A stretch of 50,844 nucleotides of DNA from Candidatus Acidiferrales bacterium. GTDB taxonomy: Bacteria; Acidobacteriota; Terriglobia; Acidiferrales; UBA7541. A program made the translations under genes and the position numbers. Each line of letters opens with the position of its first letter. Position 1 is the stretch's first letter. This document shows positions 36,369 to 43,884 of the stretch, one piece after another. The notes beneath the pieces were generated by a model. That model was not told the origin of the DNA, searched no databases, and was given only the letters and a program-made list of their open reading frames with translations. Location: positions 1 to 50,844 of the forward strand of contig JASHRU010000403.1 of NCBI GenBank assembly GCA_030037225.1. The letters are read 5' to 3'.

Positions 36369-37049
36369 CTACTTTGTTCTTCGGCGGCCCGGATCGGGAC
36401 GTGGTGCCACTGCAAGCCGGCGCGCCGCGGAAATCTCCCTCTGGCCCTGCCACCGGAACTGCGCCTCCTGCGGCAAATCCAGGTGCGCCAGCACTCGGCA
36501 CACATACTGCGCCACCAGGTCACCGATCGTCTTTGCGCCCGCGTAAAACGCGGGAACAATCGGCATGATCGTCGCGCCCGCCGCCTGCGCCCGCAGCATG
36601 TTCTCCAGGTGAATCCGGCTCAGCGGCGTTTCGCGCACGCACAATACCAGCCGCCGGCCCTCTTTCAGGCATACGTCCGCCGCGCGCCCCACCAGGTCGT
36701 CGGCCAGCCCGCTCGCGATTTTCCCCAGCGTATTCACCGAGCACGGCAGCACCACCATTCCGTCCACCGCATGGCTCCCGGAAGCGATGGACGCGCCGAT
36801 GTCCGCATTGAGCAGTCCCTCGAATTTTGCCGCCGGCGTTCCGGCCAGCCTCGCTGCCAGTTGCCGCGGCTCGCTGGCGCGGATGCCCAATTCGTCCGCC
36901 AACACCCGCATCCCGCTCGATGTGACCACAAAGTGCACGCGCGCCACGCGTTCATCGGCGTCCAGCATGCGCACCATCGTCTGCGCGCACACGGCTCCGC
37001 TCGCGCCGGTCAGCGCAACCGTAATCTCTTTTCGTGCGTCTTTCGTCAT
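36369..37049 (-). CDS. ubiX: Flavin prenyltransferase UbiX (MqnL-type partner)
   Basis: ITVALTGASGAVCA, MVVLPCSVNTLGKIASGLADDLV and LVLCVRETPLS. GGAG RBS upstream. Confidence 0.88.
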   Translation of the reverse strand: MTKDARKEITVALTGASGAVCAQTMVRMLDADERVARVHFVVTSSGMRVLADELGIRASEPRQLAARLAGTPAAKFEGLLNADIGASIASGSHAVDGMVVLPCSVNTLGKIASGLADDLVGRAADVCLKEGRRLVLCVRETPLSRIHLENMLRAQAAGATIMPIVPAFYAGAKTIGDLVAQYVCRVLAHLDLPQEAQFRWQGQREISAARRLAVAPRPDPGRRRTK

Positions 37050-37119
37050 TCAACTCCGCCGTTGAGCGATGCTATGCAGCCTTCTCCACCAATGTCAAGA
37101 AAACCCTCTCGGCGCGCAC

Positions 37120-37539
37120 CTAAAACCACGTGTGCCGCGCGTATTCCCGGTACTGCTCGCCAAACCTATCCTCCAGCACCCGCGCCTCGCGCCGGCTCCG
37201 GATGAGCTGCAAGGGGAGAATCACCACGAACAGCAGCAGCCACAGCGGCTTCTCGAAAGTCAGGGCGGCTCCCGCTATCGCAATCGCGCTGAACACGTAA
37301 ATCGGATTCCGGATACGCGAGTAAATTCCGTGCGTCACCAGTTGCCGTGCTTCCGGCCTCACGCTAAAAGAATCCCCCAGTTGCACATGCGCGATTCCCC
37401 AGAATACGAATCCCAGCATCATCATCGTCATGCCGGCGATCCGCATGGATGTCCACGGCAGATCCTGAGTCAGCGCATACACGGTCAAAACCACCGCCAG
37501 CGGTAAGGCTACGAATCGAAAATGGCTTTTCCGTTCCAT
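37120..37539 (-). CDS. Membrane methyltransferase, isoprenylcysteine carboxyl methyltransferase (ICMT/PEMT) family
   Basis: LVTHGIYSRIRNPIYV signature with 4 TM segments. The ATG at 37539 has a GGAG RBS, whereas the ORF-track start at 37575 is a TTG. Confidence 0.75.
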   Translation of the reverse strand: MERKSHFRFVALPLAVVLTVYALTQDLPWTSMRIAGMTMMMLGFVFWGIAHVQLGDSFSVRPEARQLVTHGIYSRIRNPIYVFSAIAIAGAALTFEKPLWLLLFVVILPLQLIRSRREARVLEDRFGEQYREYARHTWF

Positions 37540-37675
37540 CGACTCCAGTCTATCCAGCCCGTACGCCTGGCGCAAAAAATTCGGCCGTTCTCCGCCTCCG
37601 GTTCGTCGTTTTCTTGCAGCCTATCCGGCGCAGCCGAACGATTCGAACCATCCGCGATGATAGAATCGGGCCGCG

Positions 37676-38432
37676 ATGGACGAAAAGACACTGCACCAAT
37701 TGCTTCGCGACGTCCGCGCCCGCCGCCTCACTGAGTCCGCGGCCATCGAGCGCCTCCGCAATCTGCCCTTCGAAGACCTCGGCTTCGCGAAAGTGGACCA
37801 CCATCGCTCGCTCCGCCGGGGCTTTGCCGAAGTCGTCTTCGGACGCGGGAAAACGCCCGATCAGGTCGCCGGCATCGTTCGCTCCATGCTCGCCCGGCGC
37901 AACGGCCGGCACAACATCCTGGTAACCCGCGCCGACAAGCGCATCCACGCGGCCGTAAGGCGGCTGGCCCCCTCTGCCAGGTTCCATCCGCTCTCGGGAG
38001 CGATTCTTGTCCAACGCGACCGCGTCGTTCGCGGAAAGGGAACTATATTGGTGGTTTCGGTGGGCACCGGCGACATCCCTGTCGCTGAGGAAGCGCTTGT
38101 TGCCGCGCGCTCTCTCGGTAATCGCGCCGAAGCCATCTACGATGTCGGCGTCGCCGGCCTTCATCGTCTCCTCCGCCACCGCGTGCAGCTCTCCTCGGCG
38201 CGCGTCATTATCTGTGTGGCGGGCATGGAAGGCGCGCTGCCCATGCGTCGTCGCCGGGCTCGTTTCCGCTCCTGTCATCGCTGTGCCCACCAGCGTCGGC
38301 TATGGCGCGAGTTTCGGCGGTGTCGCCGCTCTGCTCGCCATGCTCAATAGTCGCGCCTCTACTGTAAGCGTCGTAAATATCGACAGCGGGTTCGGCGCCG
38401 CGTGCGTGGCTTCCTGCATCAATCGTATGTAG
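37676..38432 (+). pseudogene. larB: larB (nickel-pincer cofactor biosynthesis, PurE-like carboxylase/hydrolase) interrupted by a +1 frameshift
   Basis: Frame A (37676 onward) gives a LarB-like N-terminus up to ...VAGMEGALP (ends 38242) and then nonsense. Frame B from 38244 gives [53 protein letters not shown]...*, the conserved LarB C-terminus, ending at 38432. One extra nucleotide around 38243-38244 separates the frames. Confidence 0.8.
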
Positions 38433-38452
38433 CCCGCTGGCCTCCCAGACGG

Positions 38453-39478
38453 TCAGGCCCGCGGATCGAGCAATACCTTCAGCACGCCGGGGCGCTGTGA
38501 TTCGCGGATCGCCGCGTCAGCCTCGCGAAGCGGAAAGACGCGGGAAATAAGCGGGCGCGGGTCCACTCGTCCCGTCCGCAGCAGCTCGAGCGCCCGCTCG
38601 AATGGCCCGCACCGCGAGCCCACCACCGTCAATTCGTCCACCACGATGGGCCACGTCGCCACACGCGCCGCGCCGTGAAACGTGCTTTTCAGGATCAGCG
38701 TGCCGCGCGGTTCCGTCATCGCGATTGCCGTCGACAGGCCCTCCGCCGAGCCCGTCGCCTCCACGACAAAGGCAAATCGTCGTCGGTTTGCCCCGCCGTG
38801 CGCCGGCCGGGCATTCGGAAGGAAAACCGTCGCTATACCGCGTCCCCCTGCAAGCTCCAATTTCTTCCTGTGGCGGCCGTAGAGCGTCACTTGCGCTCCC
38901 GCTGCCGCGAGCACTCGAACGATCAACTGGCCGAGTTTGCCGTCTCCCAGAACCGCCACCGCGGCGCCCCGTCCGGCAGTCGGCACCTGCGCCACAATCT
39001 GGCAAGCTGCCGCGAGCGGCTCCGTAAACGCCGCGCATTCATCCGGCACGCCCGGCGGCACAGCGTGCAGGTTCGCGAGCGGCAGCGTCAAATACTCCGC
39101 AAACGCTCCATCGTGTTCCATGATCCCAAGCACTCGCCGGCGTGCGCAGTGCGCCGGAATGCCCCGCCGGCAGAATTTGCAGGGCGCTCTCAGGGCCATC
39201 CCGAGGCAGGTGACGTTGATTTCGCCCGCCACACGCCGCCCCGCCCAGCGTTTCTCTGCGCGCCGCCGCGTCTCGCCGCTGCCGCCGCACGCCTCTACCT
39301 CGCCCACAAATTCATGTCCGGGCGTGCCGCGAAATTGATGGTAGCCCCGCAGGATTTCCAAGTCGGTGTTGCAGATTCCCGCCAGCCTCACGCGCACCAG
39401 CGCCCACTCTGCCCGGACTTTGGGCACAGCCTTGGTTACGAGTTCGAGTCGTTTTCCTTTGATTTGGCAGGCAAGCAT
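38453..39478 (-). CDS. Zinc-dependent alcohol dehydrogenase family (MDR) oxidoreductase
   Basis: GICNTDLEILRG, GHEFVGEV and the Rossmann motif VAVLGDGKLGQLIV. I prefer the ATG at 39478 over the GTG at 39499. Confidence 0.85.
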   Translation of the reverse strand: MLACQIKGKRLELVTKAVPKVRAEWALVRVRLAGICNTDLEILRGYHQFRGTPGHEFVGEVEACGGSGETRRRAEKRWAGRRVAGEINVTCLGMALRAPCKFCRRGIPAHCARRRVLGIMEHDGAFAEYLTLPLANLHAVPPGVPDECAAFTEPLAAACQIVAQVPTAGRGAAVAVLGDGKLGQLIVRVLAAAGAQVTLYGRHRKKLELAGGRGIATVFLPNARPAHGGANRRRFAFVVEATGSAEGLSTAIAMTEPRGTLILKSTFHGAARVATWPIVVDELTVVGSRCGPFERALELLRTGRVDPRPLISRVFPLREADAAIRESQRPGVLKVLLDPRA

Positions 39479-39536
39479 TTCTGCCCGTCGCCTGTTCACG
39501 GTTCGAGGAGCTTCGGGTGCGCCGGGGCGTGACCGT

Positions 39537-39827
39537 TCAAGGCGCGCCTCGGAACTTCTTGTAGAAAAGCCCGATCGCCTGCACGCACCCGCCTAAAAAT
39601 AGAATCACGCCGGCGAAGAACAGCGATGCGTAGGTCACCCTTGCTGTGCTTTCCACCACGCCGGGCTGTTCGACACTGAAAAACGCCACATAGGAACAAA
39701 ACGCCAGCGAGATGCCCCCGAGCATGATGAGAAGAACGCGTCGAACGCCGCGCTTCGGGGCTTCGTCGAGCTCGGGAGAATCGCTCGGCGGTTCTGCCAT
39801 CGCGCCGCTTTCCAAGGGGTCATTCAT
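39537..39827 (-). CDS. Small hypothetical membrane protein (2 TM)
   Basis: Acidic N-terminus followed by two hydrophobic helices (VLLIMLGGISLAFCSYVAFF and ASLFFAGVILFLGGCVQAIGLF). The ATG lies 7 nt after the selA stop. No homology recognised. Confidence 0.45.
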   Translation of the reverse strand: MNDPLESGAMAEPPSDSPELDEAPKRGVRRVLLIMLGGISLAFCSYVAFFSVEQPGVVESTARVTYASLFFAGVILFLGGCVQAIGLFYKKFRGAP

Positions 39828-39834
39828 CGCGCGT

Positions 39835-41253
39835 TCAACCAAGCGCCGAAAGCAGAGCGTCCGCCAGTGCCGGTTCTTCCCCTGAATCCACTGTCCGGAG
39901 ATCGAGCACCAGCCGGCCGTCTTCGATTCGCGCGATCACGGGCGGCGGGCCTGCGGGGGATTGCCGCAGCCGCGCCTCGATTTCTGCGGCAGAAAAATGC
40001 AGCGTGGAGATGCGCACAAGAAAGGTCGGCAAGTACTGCTCGGGAGTTGACCCGCCGCCGACCACTGATTGCCCCGGCGACACCTCGATCTCCACTTCGC
40101 TTGTCGCCAGCCGCGCGGCCAGAGCGGCGGCAAACGCACGGGCCCGCCGCTCAACCTCCGCGGCCGGGATCCGGATCATGCGCAGCGTGGGAATCTCGTC
40201 CAGCGCGCCGCGCACAACTGCCGAGAGCGTCGCCTCCATCGCCGCGATGGTCAGTTTGTCCACTCGGAGCGCCCGGTAAAGCGGATTTCGCCGGATACGT
40301 TCCAGGAGCGCCCTTCGCCCCGCGATAATTCCCGCTTGCGGCCCCCCAAGCAATTTGTCCCCGCTGAAGGTGATTAGGTCTACTCCCGCAGCGATGCTGC
40401 CCTGCGCCGTGGGTTCCTCTAGGCCGTAGGGCGCAAGGTCCACTAGGCAGCCCGAGCCGAGGTCTTCATACACCGGCACTCCGGCGCGGCGGCCCAGCGC
40501 CACCAGTTCGTCAAGAGAAGGCCGTCCGGCAAAGCCCACGATGCGGAAATTGGAAGGGTGCACGGACATCAACAGTCGCGTCTCGGCACCAATCGCGCTT
40601 TCGTAATCCGCAAGGTGTGTGCGGTTCGTCGTACCCACTTCGCGCAGCAGTGCCCCGCTCGCCGCCATGATCTCCGGAATCCGGAATCCATCGCCGATCT
40701 CGATCAGCTCGCCGCGGGAAACAATCGCTTCGCCGCCGCGCGCCAGTGCGTGGAGCACGAGGAACACGGCTGCCGCATTGTTGTTCACCACCAGCGCGGC
40801 CTCCGCTCCCAGCACCCGCGCCAGTAGCCGTGCCGTGTGCACGTCGCGTTTTCCGCGCTGTCCGGCCGCCAGGTCGTACTCGAGGTTGGAATAGCCCCCG
40901 GCGCACTCCGCCAGATGCTCGAGCGCGGCCCGACCGATGGGCGCGCGCCCCAGGTTCGTGTGCAGCACTACCCCGCTTGCATTGATTACCGCGCGCAGGG
41001 AAGGTGAAGTGTCCCGGGCCACCTCGTCCCGCACTGCCCCTTCCAGCACGCCGATTTCGAAACTGCTTTCCGTCAACTCCGCCCCCAGCGAGATTTCTGC
41101 CCGCAGCCGGTCCAGCACCGCCCGCGCCGCGGCCAGCACTACCGCGCGGCCTGACCCCTCCGCCAATTCTTCCAGCGCGGGACGACGCAGCAGCTCGTCC
41201 ACCGAGGGCAGCCGGCGCAGCAGGGGGCCCGGATCGCGTTCGCGAGGCGTCAT
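39835..41253 (-). CDS. selA: L-seryl-tRNA(Sec) selenium transferase
   Basis: LPSVDELLRRP, VINASGVVLHTNLGRAP and FSGDKLLGGPQAGII (PLP-lysine region). 472 aa. Confidence 0.9.
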   Translation of the reverse strand: MTPRERDPGPLLRRLPSVDELLRRPALEELAEGSGRAVVLAAARAVLDRLRAEISLGAELTESSFEIGVLEGAVRDEVARDTSPSLRAVINASGVVLHTNLGRAPIGRAALEHLAECAGGYSNLEYDLAAGQRGKRDVHTARLLARVLGAEAALVVNNNAAAVFLVLHALARGGEAIVSRGELIEIGDGFRIPEIMAASGALLREVGTTNRTHLADYESAIGAETRLLMSVHPSNFRIVGFAGRPSLDELVALGRRAGVPVYEDLGSGCLVDLAPYGLEEPTAQGSIAAGVDLITFSGDKLLGGPQAGIIAGRRALLERIRRNPLYRALRVDKLTIAAMEATLSAVVRGALDEIPTLRMIRIPAAEVERRARAFAAALAARLATSEVEIEVSPGQSVVGGGSTPEQYLPTFLVRISTLHFSAAEIEARLRQSPAGPPPVIARIEDGRLVLDLRTVDSGEEPALADALLSALG

Positions 41254-41355
41254 GCGAACTCCATTCCAGCACGAGGCTTCACCCCGCGCAACCCGTCCCT
41301 TTCCTCAGTTACTGCAAAGGCACGCCGGTTGACCCCGTTCCCCCCAGGTTCTACG

Positions 41356-42072
41356 ATGGAGGTTGCCTGCCCTTATCGCCCTATGGATAAGATCGACGAG
41401 GAATTGGGCCAGCTCGAACGGGACATACGGGCGCTCAAAATCGAGTACGAACAGTACTTCGGTGGCGGCCGCTCTCGTCCCCCGAACGATACGATCTGGC
41501 GCATCGAACAGCTCATCAAGCGCTATTCCGAGCGCGGCGCCGACATGTCCTATGGCCAGCGCTTCCGCTACAACAATCTCGCCCAGACCTTCGCGAAGTA
41601 TCAGGACATCTTTCGCAAGCGCATGAAGGCCAAGGAGGAAGGTACCGTCCAGCGGCACTACGGCGCGGCCGCTCGAGCCATCGAGGAAGAGCGGATGCGC
41701 GCGGCCCCTCCTCCTCCCCCGCCGCCTCCGCCGAAAGCTCCTGCCGAGGTGCCCGTCGCAGTTGCCGCCGCTCCTCCCCGGACGCCGCGCCGGAGTGCCA
41801 CGGAGTTGGTGGGCGAGCCGGGCGGCTACGTGGTGGCTTGTTCAGACCCCGATCGCGAGCGCGACAAGGTGCGCGATCTCTATTCCGTGCTGCTGGAAGC
41901 CAAAAAGAGCGCGGGAGAGAAAACCGACGCGCTCACCCTCGAGAATTTCACCTCCTTCGTCCGCCAGAAGACCGCGCAGCTCAAGCAACAGGCCAAATGC
42001 GACGCCGTCGAATACGCCGTCCAGATCGAGAATGGCCAGATAAAACTGAAGGCCCGCGTCAAGGGACAGTAG
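41356..42072 (+). CDS. Hypothetical protein with coiled-coil N-domain, 9-proline linker and conserved C-domain (MXAN_5187-like, from memory)
   Basis: Coding-like composition, with DKIDEELGQLERDIRALKIEYEQYFGG and the run PPPPPPPPP. The start is uncertain: TTG 41329, ATG 41356 or ATG 41383, none with a clear RBS. Confidence 0.6.
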   Translation: MEVACPYRPMDKIDEELGQLERDIRALKIEYEQYFGGGRSRPPNDTIWRIEQLIKRYSERGADMSYGQRFRYNNLAQTFAKYQDIFRKRMKAKEEGTVQRHYGAAARAIEEERMRAAPPPPPPPPPKAPAEVPVAVAAAPPRTPRRSATELVGEPGGYVVACSDPDRERDKVRDLYSVLLEAKKSAGEKTDALTLENFTSFVRQKTAQLKQQAKCDAVEYAVQIENGQIKLKARVKGQ

Positions 42073-42224
42073 TTCTCACCGTTTGCTCTGCGCATTCGCT
42101 CCCCCGGGATCTCCTGCTGCGGGGCGCTGCGCTCCGTAGTCGCAATCCTGTGTGGCCTCATTCGCGCGTAGAATGTGTGGTTTCTCTGGGGGCGGCCCGC
42201 TCCCGCGGGCCTGCGGAGGATGGC

Positions 42225-43796
42225 ATGGCCATTGAGCGCGCATTGGTGAGCGTATACGACAAGACGGGAATCGTGGAGTTCGCCCGCCAGCTCACCGGCC
42301 TCGGCGTTCATCTGTTCTCGACGGGAGGAACGGCTAAGCTTCTTCGCGACTCCGGGCTTCGCCTCCAGGATGTTTCCGAGCTCACCGGCTGGCCCGAGAT
42401 GCTGGGTGGGCGCGTCAAGACGCTGCATCCCAAGGTGCATGGCGGCATCCTCTTCCGCCGCGGCGTCGCCGGCGACAGGGACGAAGCAGCCCGCCAGGGC
42501 ATCGCCTCCATTGATCTCGTGGTTGTGAATCTCTATCCCTTCGAAGCCACTGCTTCCAAGCCGGAGCTCACTCCGGAAGAGCTCGTTGAAAACATCGATA
42601 TCGGCGGGCCGACCATGCTGCGCAGTGCGGCCAAGAATTTCGAGAGCGTTGCCGCGGTTTGCGACCCGGCCGATTACGAGGCCGTTGCCGAGGAGTTGGC
42701 CGCGAGTCCAGGACAAGAGCTGACTCTCGCCACTCGTCTCCGCCTCGCTCGCAAGGTGTTTGCCGCCACCTCGCGCTACGACGGTCTGATTACCATGGAG
42801 CTCGAGCGGCTCGCCGCCGAAGGCGGCCGCTTGGCTCTCGGCGCGCGTCCGGTCCTTCCCGAGCGTGTTCACGCCGCCTTCGTGCGCGAACAGCAGATGC
42901 GCTACGGCGAAAATCCTCATCAGCAGGCCGCCCTCTACGTCCCCGCAGGCCGCCCTTCCGTGGGTCTTGCAGGCGCCCGCCAACTTCAGGGCAAGGAACT
43001 TTCCTACAACAACCTGGTGGACCTCGACGCTGCCTGGAAGCTCGTGCGGGAATTCGACCGTCCCGCCGCCGCAATCATCAAGCACAACAATCCCTGCGGA
43101 GTGGCCGAGCAGGCTGAGCTGCGCGATGCCTACGTCCGGGCCTTTGAGTGCGATCCTGTTTCAGCCTTCGGTGGTGTTGTGGCCTTCAACCGGCCCCTCA
43201 ATGGCGCGGCCGCTCAGGAACTGGCCAAGCTCTTCGTCGAATGTGTTGCCGCGCCTGGATACGATTCCGCCGCCCGCGACGCCATGGCCGCCAAGAAGAA
43301 CGTGCGCCTGATGGAGATGCCCGCGGAAGACGACAATCCTCCCTATGAATGGAAACAGATTTCCGGCGGAATGCTCGTCCAGCAGCCGGACGCGCACCGC
43401 CTTCGCCCGGACGACCTCAAGACCGCCACGAAACGCGCACCCACCGACGCAGAAGTCCGCGCTATGCTTTTCGCCTGGAAAGTCTCCAAGCACGTCAAGT
43501 CCAACGCCATCGTGTTCGCCGCCGAAGGGCACACGCTCGGCATCGGCGCGGGGCAAATGAGCCGCGTGGATTCCGTCAAGCTCGCCGTGATGAAAGCGCA
43601 AAAGTCGTTGGCGGGCAGCGTCGTTGCTTCCGACGCGTTTTTTCCGTTTCCCGATGGTGTAGAAGAGGCGGCCAAAGCGGGCGCCACGGCCGTAATCCAG
43701 CCCGGCGGCTCCGTGCGCGATAGCGATGTCATTGCCGCGGCCGACAAAGCGGAAATGGCCATGGTGTTCACCGGCGTCCGTCACTTCCGCCATTAA
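42225..43796 (+). CDS. purH: Bifunctional AICAR formyltransferase / IMP cyclohydrolase
   Basis: With the ATG at 42225 the product starts MAIERALVSVYDKTGIVEFARQL...GGRVKTLHPKVHGGIL and ends ...FTGVRHFRH. GGAGGA RBS. The ORF-track start at 41838 is an artefactual extension. Confidence 0.93.
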   Translation: MAIERALVSVYDKTGIVEFARQLTGLGVHLFSTGGTAKLLRDSGLRLQDVSELTGWPEMLGGRVKTLHPKVHGGILFRRGVAGDRDEAARQGIASIDLVVVNLYPFEATASKPELTPEELVENIDIGGPTMLRSAAKNFESVAAVCDPADYEAVAEELAASPGQELTLATRLRLARKVFAATSRYDGLITMELERLAAEGGRLALGARPVLPERVHAAFVREQQMRYGENPHQQAALYVPAGRPSVGLAGARQLQGKELSYNNLVDLDAAWKLVREFDRPAAAIIKHNNPCGVAEQAELRDAYVRAFECDPVSAFGGVVAFNRPLNGAAAQELAKLFVECVAAPGYDSAARDAMAAKKNVRLMEMPAEDDNPPYEWKQISGGMLVQQPDAHRLRPDDLKTATKRAPTDAEVRAMLFAWKVSKHVKSNAIVFAAEGHTLGIGAGQMSRVDSVKLAVMKAQKSLAGSVVASDAFFPFPDGVEEAAKAGATAVIQPGGSVRDSDVIAAADKAEMAMVFTGVRHFRH

Positions 43797-43884
43797 CCAG
43801 GCGGAACCCTCTCGGCCAGCGCCCCTCGTAACTCACCGCATCCAATGTTTCGGTCGCGCCTTGGATATAGGATACTTATTGTTT

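Noticed and set aside
37638-37666. A TAGAAT -10-like box 10 nt upstream of the larB ATG, implying a leaderless transcript.
   Set aside because: There is no convincing -35 element at proper spacing, and a single hexamer match is expected by chance.
42073-42224. ZTP (pfl) riboswitch upstream of purH.
   Set aside because: purH is a classic ZTP-riboswitch target. However, I could not find the conserved GGGTCGTGAC... or CCGCCTGGGC elements, only a generic GC hairpin (GGCCCGC-TCC-GCGGGCC) before the RBS.
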